A stretch of 64,000 nucleotides of DNA from Ascidiella aspersa (Eukaryota): assembly GCA_963924565.1 (NCBI GenBank), contig OZ004614.1, forward strand, positions 22,072,001 through 22,136,000, in the 5' to 3' direction. The notes beneath the pieces are model-generated. The model was given only the letters and a program-made list of their open reading frames with translations, did no database searches and was not told the origin of the DNA. A program made the position numbers and the translations under genes. Shown here piece after piece: positions 51,823-63,504 of this stretch (position 1 is its first letter; each line of letters begins with the position of its first letter).

Positions 51823-52066
51823 GCGGAGTGAGACAGTTTGTCACCTTTTTGGTTGAAAGGCGTTAGTCAACAGAAAGTGTACTCGGCGAAGTTTTTCGCG
51901 CTTGTTCGCCTTCGTTTGCGGAAGACTGACAATGACGCACATTGATGTTCATCTTTTTAGTTAACTCGTCGCATTTTTGAGCGAATATTCCTCTCCCCGT
52001 TCGCCAATTGGCCAGCGTTCGGCAAAGAACAGATAAACTGAAAATGTATGACTTTATAGTTTACAC

Positions 52067-52427
52067 CAGTGTTTCCTAATGGAGCAAATAAGGATGAACC
52101 GTCGGAAATGGATGATAGCTCTGCAGTAAATCGACTACTCACTGTTTGTTGGGGGGGGGATATTTTTGCTTATTGAAATAATGGTGAAGTTGGTTGGCAC
52201 TGACTGTATGTACAAAAAGTACAAAAAGTTTGGTGACTGTGTTTTGTGCTTTTGCAGCTTTATACTTCTGGAGTCGAGAAATTGTAGATTTGCAATGGTA
52301 AAACTAAGCTTAAGTTGATCATAACAAAAATCGAAACATCCTTTTATCATATCATGAGACAAGGGTGAATGCAATCTGGAGATAGATGCTAGGGGTGAAC
52401 AAAACTAAAAAAGTTCAAGAAGCACTG
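52067..52427. mobile_element. old hAT-type MITE
   Basis: CAGTGTTTCCTAA ... TTCAAGAAGCACTG. TSD only 5/8. Confidence 0.45.
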
Positions 52428-53590
52428 ATCTAAACAACTGTAAAGTCAACAGCTCAAACAATCTGTTTGCAAAAAGTAACTTCACAGTAGCATTTATTAG
52501 GCAGTGTAATAATCATTTGTGCCCTTGTGTCACTTTGCCTTCTAAAATAAAAGCTTTTGCGATTTAAACCGATAAACACAATTTGTCTGCGCTCCAAGGA
52601 TATATCCAGCCAGGGGCGTATCCAGGGCGGAGGGCAAGGATATATCCCCACAAAATAAATATATTACCTACCTAATTTAAAATATATAAAACTTTTGTTG
52701 TTTTTAATAGAAACACAACACTAAAACTACAAAGACCATATTATTCAACTTGCATTTTGTTTTGCTCACTTATAACAAAATAAATAATAAGATATTATTT
52801 GGGGATAAACGAACTGCGTGTTTTTGTGTATATATACCTATTTCGTAGTAGGATTCATCCGTTTTTTTAGGGGAATTCGCTTTGCCGCCGCACCTTATAT
52901 GGGGACGCAACGTTTGTAGTATATAATCATCCTGCTGCCAAACAACGAATTTACAAACTTTTAAGGAGTGATTTAAAATACTAACTGGTAAAAACAAAGC
53001 AAGCTTAGTTATAAAATGACAACTTCTTAAGTTGAGCTTGAAAACTGGTTAATGATGCTGTACCAAAGGCGCACAGAAAAGGCTTTGAAGCAACAGTCCC
53101 ACCTAAAACACGTAAAACAAAACTAAAAACACTTCAAGTACGCCGAAAATGTTTTAATTTGGTTACGTCATTGTCAATCACGCCCCTCGAAGCCAAAAGA
53201 ATGATGTGCCGCCATCCGTGGCAAGATGTCTCTTCGGGAAACCAAAGCTCGTGATTATTTTGACCAAACACGAAGTCAAATGCACGTCAGACGAGCAACC
53301 TTTGCAGTTAACCGAAGGCAAGCAATGTAAAAGTTACTACCAAGTGCGAAGACGTTGGCGCGCCGTTTTATCCGCACGAGACATCGACATTAAAGTGGAA
53401 GTGGAGATCGTCCGCGTCACGTCCCTTTGTGAAGTACGTATGAAACGAAGTGCCCAAGTCCCAAGGAAGGCAAGACTCCCCCCTTGGCCCGTCGTTCAAC
53501 TGCCAGCAAGAATGCACACCGGCATCAGCCTTAATCTCATAAAAGTAAGTTTTAAGATTTGCCTGTCGGCTATTAACAGTCGCTTTAAAC

Positions 53591-53933
53591 CAGGGGTTCC
53601 CAAACTTTTTTTAACGCGGGCCCCTTAAACCATTTGTTTGGTTTGCTTGGACCAAGGTCGCCAATAATTTTTTCGAGATGACGTCACAAATTGACGTCAT
53701 AAAACAAGAAGACTTAAGAAACCTGCTGTTTTTAATCCAACAGACGTAAAACCTAAATAAAGTCTAAATACATTTAAGGAAAAGGCGCTAAAGCATTTGT
53801 TTTCAGTATTTAATTTAATTTTTTTTTTCTATTTCAAATTATACAGCAATATTTTTATTAGGCCTTCATTGACCCCCTAAAACTAGTCGACGTACCCCCA
53901 AGGGATCCATGGACCCCAGTTTAAGAACCCCTG
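53591..53933. mobile_element. hAT (Buster-type) MITE
   Basis: CAGGGGTTCCCAAACT / AGTTTAAGAACCCCTG. TSD CTTTAAAC / TTTTAAAC (7/8). Confidence 0.88.
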
Positions 53934-54993
53934 TTTTAAACCCACCGTTTTTTCTACATTTTTGTGCGGCTTCCTAACCCCAAGAAATCAATGTGGACCA
54001 CGACCGCCGGTTAATTTTGATGCAAGCAAGAAAAATCGAAGAGAGAAGTCGCAGTTCTCAACCAAGAACCGTGGCGCGCTTTTGAAACGGCCTTGTAAAT
54101 CGAATCAATAGGCCACAAACGACTTCCGGACCCCCCTTCTGTCTCCCTCTTCCTCCTGTAGTTCAATTACAGTTGACAGGGGAGCAGCCTTGTTGACGGT
54201 TCCCCCCTCCTCTTTATTGCGCAATCGCGAGAGTTCTAGGGCGAAGCTCGCGCGACCTTAAATGGCCAGGGCGGCAAAAGGTCGCTCGGCGCTCGAAATA
54301 GCAACTATAAGTCCTATCGTCTGATTGGCTTGTCTAATATTTGAAATGTTTTGCTCGCTCACAAGAGGAAGAGAATCGCAGAAAAACATAGTCCACCCTA
54401 TAAGGGACGACCGACCCCTGGGTTATACCGCTTGGGGTTAGGATACTGCAAAAGGCGATTTACGTAAATTACGATAGAAAAGTAAAATGTTGTGGGGTTA
54501 AACTGTGGGTTACATCGCATAACTCTAAAGGAATATGGTTTTGCTTTTCCATTGACTATATTTATGTAACCATCCAAAAAAAATTAAATAATATACAATT
54601 ATCCAAATAACAACAATACAAAATATAATGTATTTATTTGGCCAACATGTGTTGTTAGAAGTAGAAAAAACAAACGCCACTGCTTCTGAAGAAAGAATGG
54701 AACTTGACATTATTACCAGAATAATTCACACTCAACTTAACGACAAGTGTGGAAAAGCGCGGGATTATAGGTTTGAGACAGAATATCGCGTTATATATTG
54801 ACCGTAAGCTGCAGGCTCGACGCGACCCGATTTTCCTGTGTGTCGCCTCCCGATATTGGGCTTCAACAGACGGGAAGCGAACATGTAAAACGACACTTGT
54901 GCCGAGCGAGAATTGCGCGTTGACAGCACGCCACTGCGCAACTCGATGCACCCACACACTCGCACAGTCAGGTCCGACAGCGCCGTTTTAAGG

Positions 54994-55373
54994 CCGTTCT
55001 TATGAAACGGTGAAAGATGTAAGAAAACCGTTGGCAAAATGAAACGAGTGGTTTTAAGGCTGGCCCTGTATTGTATGAATGCCGGTCGAAGACGAATAAA
55101 CTCGACTGTAAAACTGATCTCTGACTGTGGCAGAGAATCGTTTCGCACCTAAAACCGTTTGGATTCTCAGCGCAACTCGCACACTCAGGCAACAAAGTGC
55201 CGTTTACAGACCGTTCTTGTGAAACGGTTAAGGATGTACGTAAGATGTCTGGTTTCAGTGCTGGCCCGTTATACATATTGGTTGAAGACGAATAACCTCG
55301 GCTGTAAAACTTCTCTCTGCGTGACTGTGCCAGAGAACGAACGCTTTTTTATCCAAACCGTTTGGATTCTCAG
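54994..55373. repeat. diverged direct duplication (units start at 54994 and 55211)
   Basis: Shared blocks CCGTTCTT(A/G)TGAAACGG, GAAGACGAATAA, CTGTAAAACT and AAACCGTTTGGATTCTCAGC. Confidence 0.85.
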
Positions 55374-56210
55374 CAAAAGCAAGCTTCAAAACACAGGGCC
55401 GCGGCCAGGAAAAGAACGCGTTGATAGGACCTTTTCCAAATCTTAGAGCGCTGTCACTGGAACGAACTTGGTCTTATAGTTTATAATATGCGGTGCTGAC
55501 TGAAAAATACTATCAGCGTATAGTCTATGGTAAAATACAACTGTGTTTGTCCCTGTAATGCAAAAACTAATAAAATCTCGGAACTAAGGTTTTTTTGAAT
55601 TTAAAAGCAAACTCTCAAAAGTATTTAACGCAAAAATTGGCGAAAACAGCAACAACATAACAATCGCCGTATAAAAAGCACAACAAAAGCTATCGCACTC
55701 ACGGTTTGTGGCACCCCTCCGGCCGATTCGGAACTGCGTCGTGTGGAAGAGATACGAACGCCTCCAGACCTTAAAATATCGCATAAAAACCAGGTGCCCG
55801 ACCGTTGAGCGCACAAAGCGAGCGTTGCCTATGGGCCCTTCACCGGTTTCGACTTTAAATCATCGAAATTGAACAAGGGCGAAAGCAGTCGGGAACACTT
55901 AAAACCTCGTCGACGAGCACTCGTCATTCGGGCCGAGTGCTGTCCGTTGGGGGACCTTCTTCGCGGCGTATTCTATATTGCCCTTGAGCAGGTCTCGCGC
56001 GCATTACTTTCCACTTTCGGTCGAGTGCCGATCGCGCCGCGAAACACAATGGCCACGTCGAATGTCGATTATGCGATGAACACTGCTTGAAACTCGCGCC
56101 GGCCGACGAGTTTCAACCAGCCACGAAGCAGCGTCACCCTATACAGCGCTTGCGTGGCCTATTAGATGTTCCTGGGCAATACTAAGCTGCTTCACATACG
56201 AACATCCAAG

Positions 56211-56584
56211 CAGTGTTCTAAACAAGTTAGTTTGAAATAACAAGTCACCAGTTGCCCAAGTCACGTCATAATTAGGGCAAGTCAACTTAAAGTCAAGTCC
56301 TTGTCATCAATTTAAAGCGTTAACAGATAAACTCGTCCAACTATGAGCAATAAGTCATGTAAATATATCATAAATCAAATTGTTTTACGAGCAAAAAATA
56401 ATATAACTACCCCAATCAAAAAAAAGCTTAATGAAAATTTTTTTTCAACCCAAGTCAGTTGTCCGAAAGACTTAAGTCAAGTCAAGTCATTTTGCGCAGA
56501 AGACTTAAGTTGAGTCAAGTCATTTCAAAACAATGACTTAAGTGCACTTAAGTCAAGTGATTGTCAAGCGAGCAACAAGTATTG
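56211..56584. mobile_element. GACTT-repeat MITE, reverse orientation
   Basis: Starts CAGTGTTCTAAACAAG; AAGTCAAGTC arrays; GACTTAAGTGCACTTAAGTC palindrome. Confidence 0.78.
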
Positions 56585-57220
56585 CCAAACAGATGAATTA
56601 AGGCACAACACAGTGCCATAACAGCGCCAAACATTCTTGCTACCACCAAGTTTTTGTACCACACACTTTGTCCCCCTATCGTTACTTTTGCGTACGTGTT
56701 GGTTTGTCGCCGCCTCCTCAAATAAATTTTTTCACAACTTGATTTTCAGGAGAAAGAGTTGATCGTTTTTTTCTCTTCGACAGTTCAATCAGATGATTTT
56801 TTACCACAAAAACGCCACACGGATGTTTTTTGGCAAAATAAAATCGTAACATGACTGAGGTTGAGAAAAAATCCTTTGAGCTTTTGTTGTACATTTGTTC
56901 ACAATAAAAGAGGCTTTGGAAGTCTAAAAAAAAGAAAATTGGAAGAACGTGACAAAACACTAAGGCATAATCCCGCAAAATACACTGAAATCCATCAACT
57001 GGTGTTTCCACCAATTAAGCAGTGGCAGCGTTTGTGAATCGCGCCAATACGGCTTATGTCTGCAGCTAACCTGACATAATATCAAGCACGTTGCAGCGTA
57101 CGCTGCAGCAACAAAGAGTGTGCAATTTGCAACGGGCGACTGCTGGCGTCATATTTACTCTTCTTCGCATTCGCGGCGGCATAGGAAAGTTTGCAAGGCA
57201 ACACTCCTCAGCCTACACGG

Positions 57221-57423
57221 CAGTGGCGTAGCCAGCCAAAAATTTGTTGGGGGGCCAAAAAGTTTGAACTTTTTTTTAACTTTTGCCATTGTATGAACGG
57301 TCGTATCGAACACAAATAAATATGCTAGCAAACCGTTTCGAGCAGCAACTGACTGAGTTTTAGCGCAATACTCAAAAACCATTCAAATAGCAAAAACTGA
57401 CTAAAAGTAGTAAAACTACATTA
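57221..57423. mobile_element. truncated copy of the 46492-46826 MITE (inverted)
   Basis: High identity to the reverse complement of ~46636-46826. Starts CAGTGGCGTAGCCAGCC. Confidence 0.88.
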
Positions 57424-57763
57424 TTGTTTACCAAACGTAAGATTAACTACATCGTTTGTGACGTAACATTGCATGACAATTAAAGGTGTGGCTTGCCTGT
57501 GATCGACTGTTGTGGTACTGCTCATAAAATACTTTACCGTTGCTGGTTAACAACTGTGTTAGCCTATTTGGCTTTTAGGCAATCCGGTCACAATTCCAGT
57601 GACGTTATTATATTACAGGGCACGCGGCAAAATGTAATGCGATGTATTCGCTCTGGCGTTTACGCCTGTTTATGTTACGTCACAATGGCAGCTCTTACCA
57701 TGCGGTACAGTGAACAGTTAACTAACTCCTTTTAAACGTTCAGCTGTACAGGTTACAAAATTT

Positions 57764-57795
57764 GTGACACTGTTTACTCGTGACACTGTTTACTC
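57764..57795. repeat. exact 16-bp tandem duplication GTGACACTGTTTACTC
   Basis: Two adjacent identical units. Confidence 0.9.
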
Positions 57796-58735
57796 GTCCT
57801 GAAAGCTTGCAGGAGATATTCCCAAAAGACACCACTTTGTCTTTGTAGCGTTATAATAAACAAAAACAAATATGAAAACAAACATAAATAATGAGCCGAA
57901 AAGCAGTCAACTTCATGTAACTCGAACTAGTCTGAAACACGCTGGAGCCAGTCAAGTCGTTCAAACAAGATAGCATTTACCCAAGTCTCAAAGGCGACAA
58001 ACTTGCGGTTCTAGGTTCAGACGACAATGACATCTATTGTTTCTCTAATCACATTTTCCCTGTGCTGTATTATATTGTTGTCTAATAACAGTGCAATACA
58101 AACCGCCACTCTTTCAAAGCCTCAGCTTAACCCTAAAATACACAGGTGGCCCGTTTCGTTCGATAAACACGCTCAATACCGGTACTCCTACTTAAGGTAA
58201 ACAAAAACAGCTAATCAACTGCAATACAAACTGCGCGCAATTACTTGCACCTGTCTCCGAAATCCACTCACAAACTATCAACCACACCCAATGTTTGAAG
58301 GATAAGAGCTGATCCGTCCAAAAAAACTACACTGCAGCTATGACTGCCAAAGCTTGAAAACTGCAAATTAACTTTTTAATTACTGCCGGCACGCAGCACT
58401 TCTTGAGCGAACACAGCAGCCAAGTAATTCAGTAGGCGAGTGACATTTAGCCGGGCACGGGCCAAACTGATGCCTTTTCCCTGTAGCAAGTCGACATGTC
58501 ACTTACAAAAGGCCGAGTTGTGTCGAATTAGGTGTAACATTAGGTTTCCACAAAGCGGACGAGCTAAACAACAACGGCACGTTTTCCGTTTTTAAACAAT
58601 CTCGCCTATCGCCGGCCTTTGTCCAAAAACTTGTGGTGAACAATAAAAGGCTTGATTTGTTTTTCAAGCACCCAGGTTAAAGAGCCCAACATTGTCTGGC
58701 TGACGCAGCATCGCCTGTAATTTGAATCCCTTTAC

Positions 58736-59103
58736 CAGTGTTGTAAAAGTGCACTTAAGTCACTGATTTTAAATGACTTGACTTGGCCAAGGTATTTTGA
58801 GGAAAATGACTTGACTTAAGTCTTTTGAACAAATGGCTTGGGTTGAAATTAAGTGTTTTCATTACGAATTTGCTTTATAAATTTGAGCTAATTATCTCAG
58901 TTTTTGTACATAAACAATTTGCATACGTTTTTGTCGTTTTTTAGTTGTCACCAATTTTTAATAGTTTATCGTTTATTTTGGTTACAAAAACTGGGCTTGG
59001 AATTGAGTAACTCTAATAATGACTTGACTGGCACTTGACTTGTGCTTTTTCCAAAAAGACCTAAGTTACCTGACTGGGACTAAAATAACTTGTTTATAAC
59101 ACT
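58736..59103. mobile_element. GACTT-repeat MITE
   Basis: CAGTGTTGTAAAAGTGCACTTAAGTCA ... ACTTGTTTATAACACT. Confidence 0.82.
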
Positions 59104-59659
59104 AAGGCCTGGTAGTTGTTTGCGGATAACTTCAAATTTACATTGACGTTACTCTTCCTAGCGTCTAAACAGCTAGTTTGCCTTCCATGTTACATTTGTA
59201 ATGCGCTATTAATTTTTCGTTTCTTTTTACATCAAGTTACTTACAAAAGATATCTTTATCTTTTCAATAAAACAGCAATAAGAAGCTTTACAATATTATT
59301 CAATAAAATGTGTTCGTTTAGAGATACAAAAAGAAGCTCTACGGACCCAGGAATTAACACAGCGCGAAACAGTGGAAACTTTAACCCGGTAACCAATGAA
59401 GATTAACAAGATTGGAATTAGGTTTATCCCGCACCGAGGAAACTTTACTACCCGTGTTTATAGCAATACTTTTTTTTATTTTTTTTTCATTAAATGCCGA
59501 GGAAGTTGTAAAATGTCGACGCCGACACATATCGTGTTTTTATGTATACAATTTTATTTGCTACATTCAATGACTAATTTCGACTGTGTGGTGTAGTTGA
59601 TATAAGTTAGGCACCTAGCCATACCCCCTCTCCAAATATAGGTTTTGCCAACTTTAATA

Positions 59660-59936
59660 CAGAGGTGAAAGTCAGGCAGAACGGCATTGAACATGTTTCC
59701 GAGAAAATAAGGATGCAGGTAAGCCGGGTATGGCGTACCCGGAAAAAAATGTTTTTACCTGGTCGTTTCCTTTTTCACCTGGCCATCCGCCATCTTCTTG
59801 AATGTATTTAAACGAAGATTTCAGTTGCATATTTGTGCATATTTGTGAACGATGACATTTGATATTTGAAGGTTATTTTTAGATATCAAAGTATGACGTA
59901 ACTCTGTGATATCTAAAAATTCTTCTTTCACCTGTG
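59660..59936. mobile_element. hAT-type MITE
   Basis: CAGAGGTGAAAG / CTTTCACCTGTG (11/12). TSD CTTTAATA / CTTTAACA (7/8). Confidence 0.75.
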
Positions 59937-60089
59937 CTTTAACAACGTCACTGCAAAACAACACGTTTTGCGCTAATCTTATCATTGTCAATTTGTGTTT
60001 TTTTCTGTTTTGGAAAACGTTTTTCTCTCAACGTCTCTGTGCATATGCCAATGCATGTTATGCGTTTAATAAAAGTACACATATTATTA

Positions 60090-60275
60090 GGCAGGTAGTC
60101 AAAGGAACATTTAGTAAAATACAATTAAATATATTGAACACAATTAAATATATCGAAGCCGTAATCGTTGGTCAAAAAGCAGCTTCAGAAGGGCTAGATT
60201 TCAGTTGTATATACACACATATGTGTGGACATGTTTCATTGGATGATATATCGAACATATTCGAAAAATTACATT
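60090..60275 (+). pseudogene. decayed hAT transposase C-terminal dimerisation-domain remnant
   Basis: GTFSKIQL..IK, then (frameshifted) RNRWSKSS, then EGLDFSCI..VSLDDISNIF. Resembles the ERxFSxLxxIKxxLRNRLSxxxLxxL..SI..LDDIIxxF pattern. Confidence 0.45.
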
Positions 60276-61722
60276 TATTGCCAACTGAGCTAAACGTTTT
60301 ATTGTCACGCTCCCCGAAGTATTTCTCCTTTTCTTTTAAATATTTTCTACTTGACAAAAAGCTATAGCGCCAGAGGTCTCAAGCATTTGGGACGTTTGGA
60401 AAAATCATGTTTATTACAATATGGCCGAAGGATTATGTTAGGTATATGTATAGGCCTAGAATAATTTCATCGTCCAATGAGAGGGCAATTTCGCCCACAA
60501 AGAGAAAGAAAAAAATTTGCCAATGGCCGATTTATTGCATCGTTTTGAATAATCATACGGATATTCAGCTTTTTAAATTAAAATCAAATTTTCACTTAAT
60601 ATTTTGAAAAATATGCCGAGCAGTCCTTTAAGATTCGGTTCAGTTGCGGTTCGACTCGTTAAAAACAGGTTACTGTTAAAAACAGGTTAAAAACAGGTTA
60701 CTGTATTAATGGCTATAAATTCGAGAGATATAAAGGCAATACCCAGAAGTCGAATAAAAATAATTCGAAATGCACATGTTAATTGGGAATACACAACGTT
60801 TTGAACCTTAACGCAATATACTGTATACATTACAATTAGTATAAGTTTTACAGGCAACATTTTTTTCGTGCATTGGAGTAAACGCAAGATGCGCCCACGT
60901 TAAGTAAGTGTAGCCGCTACAGGCAACATTGTGCCTTAATGACTGTTTTAAAAGGTGCTTGCGCGACCTCTTTTGGTGTAAAACTATATAATTTTTCGTC
61001 GTTGGAGTTTATGAATTGCTTACTGTTATGTGCGCGCTTCCTTATATACCGTTGTTGGTATGCAAATACGTTACCGACGCTTTTTGTGTTTGTTTTATGA
61101 TCAAGTCTATGAAAGACCCTGAGTATATGTGCTTTGAAAAATCTCGCAATTCATAAAGTTAAATTGACCGGCCTTAAGCCCAAATTGTCGCTGCCTGATC
61201 GGTGCTATTTTTTATTCTCATCCGTCTTTTTTGTTGTTTAAGTGTAATGAGAATAATAAAAAAAGATAAGCTTTCTCACAATTTACATAACTTTTCATTT
61301 TTAATGGTATTTAACTTTATTTTCCAATACCGGTTTTCGGTATCAGAATATAACTTTAAGTATCGGACATTCCTATTGTCAACATTCCACGTTGTAAGGC
61401 TACGACTGCATTACTTTGTTGTTGTTTATCGCCTTTACTGACACGTTTTAAGCAGGATGCAAAGTAGCTCGTTGTCGTATAGAAAAACTAAGTGACCGCC
61501 ATCACGATATTAATATAGACAGAGTTAATTAAACGAAAGCATTCTTACGAAACGACCTATTATAGTTTATGTATGCGACCTATTACAGTTTATGTATAAG
61601 TCAGTGAAAAGTATAAGCATCGTGCAGTACATATTGTACATTATTTATTACACCTATTTTATAGATGTTAAGTTTTATGTTATTATCTAGACTAGAGTAG
61701 CTAAATGAACAAAGTAATAGCT

Positions 61723-62131
61723 CAGGGGGAGGCAAATGTATTCAATGGAAGAGCCATTTGCAGAAAATACAAGTACCAAAGAGCCACTAAAATATTTCAA
61801 TACAAAAACGGTAAATAATGCAAGGTCAGCCGCAATAATAACAGAATTGTAATAAAACGGTCATAATCAACACAATAATAATTCCGGTAATAGCAAAATA
61901 AAACGCAAAATATTTATTAATATCAGTCGTTTGTGAACCATGCAACTCTTCGGACTCTATGTCTAGTGTTACGTCATAAACGAAATGCTGGCCTAAATAA
62001 AGAAAAGAAAAAGAGAGAAACGTTTATAAACGATACTATTGATGGTAGCCTTTACAATTTTTCGGAATTTTGCGATTCAACTAGAAGAGCCACAAAAAAC
62101 ATGCCGGCGAGCCGCAGTTTGCCCACCCCTG
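61723..62131. mobile_element. hAT (Buster-type) MITE
   Basis: CAGGGGGAGGCAAA / TTTGCCCACCCCTG (12/14). Perfect TSD TAATAGCT (61715-61722, 62132-62139). Confidence 0.92.
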
Positions 62132-62313
62132 TAATAGCTGTTTGCAAACCGGCAATTATGTCAGATAAACCAAGATAACTTACCAAGATAAATTTTTTCA
62201 ACCATAATTAAAAACAAATGACGGGGCCTAATTATGCAAGAGTGTTTCGCGATTTCAGCCTAATTGTATACTTGTAAGCTATGTATATAGTAGAGGTCAG
62301 GTAATGGAAACGT

Positions 62314-62572
62314 CAGTGTTGTAGGCCTAAACAAGTCATTTCAAGTCCAAGTCAAGTCTTTTTAAATAAATAACAAGTCAATTAATCGTTAGAGCAAGTC
62401 AAGTCCTTATGAGAAAACCCAACTAAAAACAACAAAAACGCAGCATATAACAAGCAAATAATTAACAAATGCTCGCATTTAAAAAAATGCTTAATGAAAA
62501 CACTTTATTTCAACCCAATACATTTGTTTAAAAGACTTACTTCAAGCCAGGTTATTTGAAAACATTGACTTA
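62314..62572. mobile_element. truncated GACTT-repeat MITE, reverse orientation
   Basis: Starts CAGTGTTGTA; AAGTCAAGTC arrays; similar to 56211-56584. Confidence 0.75.
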
Positions 62573-62739
62573 TCATTAAAACTATGAAAAAACATTTTTA
62601 TTACGTGTTCCAATTATTTTTGCTTTATGATGGCATTTTGCGGCATTACTCTATGTGGTAACGTGTAATATATTAACAAACGTGGTTTGCAACACAGAAT
62701 CGTGCACATGCAAAGTGTAACACGTAAAGAGCTACAGAC

Positions 62740-63278
62740 ATGAGTTTATCGGACGAGTTCGAAATGAGGCAGCTCGGCGAGGAAGACTTCGAAAGTGGCG
62801 TCAAGGATTTTCTCATAAAGTTCTACAGTCGGGCCGACGTCCTGGTCCAGGTACTGGGTGCAAACGAAGCCGATGAGGGAGGAATGTACGCCTACCGGGC
62901 CTATGTGGCGCTAAAGTACCACAAGGCGTCCTTCGCCGTGTACAAGCGATCTACAGGTCAGTTGGCCGGCGTCAAGTTTAACTTTGTGCACAGCTGCGAA
63001 GCGAGCTCGACTCCCGTGAGTATGTTGTCCACTAAGTACGACGCCGGTGAGATTTCGGACAAGGCCAAGACCGCCATTAAGTTCGTCGACAACTTCTTCG
63101 GCGATATTTACAAGGAGCTGGGCGTGCAGCGCTACATGGAGTCGGGAATGGTCTGCGTGGACAAGCAGTTCGCCAACATGGGTCTGGCCACGCAGCTTGG
63201 GAAGCGCAGTTCTCGGGAGGCCAAGCTACTCGGCTGCGAATGCATCGTGTCTTTCAACACCTCGGCCTTCACTTGCAA
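62740..63278 (+). CDS. GNAT-family N-acetyltransferase (insect-type AANAT / dopamine N-acetyltransferase-like), first coding exon
   Basis: The only long ORF with strong GC3 codon bias. GNAT hallmarks: SFAVYKRSTGQLAGVKFN beta-hairpin, motif A MVCVDKQFANMGLATQL, motif B start AKLLGCECIVSFNTSAFTC. The ORF-track stop overlaps a donor AA|GTGAGA at 63279, and the usual C-terminal KLGF segment is missing, so a further exon is expected. Confidence 0.88.
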
Positions 63279-63504
63279 GTGAGAACGTAACGTACAATGC
63301 TTAACGTTTCACGAAATGTGCGTTCTCATTTGCATATACCGCCACTATGACTAACTTTATACAAAACTTAGCGGCAGCCTCTGGGTATTGTTTTGAGAAA
63401 GAAGTGCGTAACAAAACAACATTTAGCGGTTTCAACCCTAATTCTAAATAAAGCTAGCATGAAAATCGAAAAACGCTTCTTTTTATATCGATATTCTATT
63501 AAAC

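Noticed and set aside
51543-51866. Charged RE/K-rich ORF
   Set aside because: Translation of a (GA)n microsatellite. Likewise the VC/HT ORFs at 35892-36193 come from (AC)20.
46682-57382. Two similar ORFs (46682-46936 and 57155-57382) suggesting paralogous genes
   Set aside because: The similarity comes from two copies of the same non-coding MITE.
63367-63450. Frame reading LAAASGYCFEKEVRNK just after the GNAT exon, resembling a GNAT C-terminus
   Set aside because: The available AG acceptors are phase 1 while the donor is phase 2. It would need TGA readthrough, and codon usage is unlike the exon.
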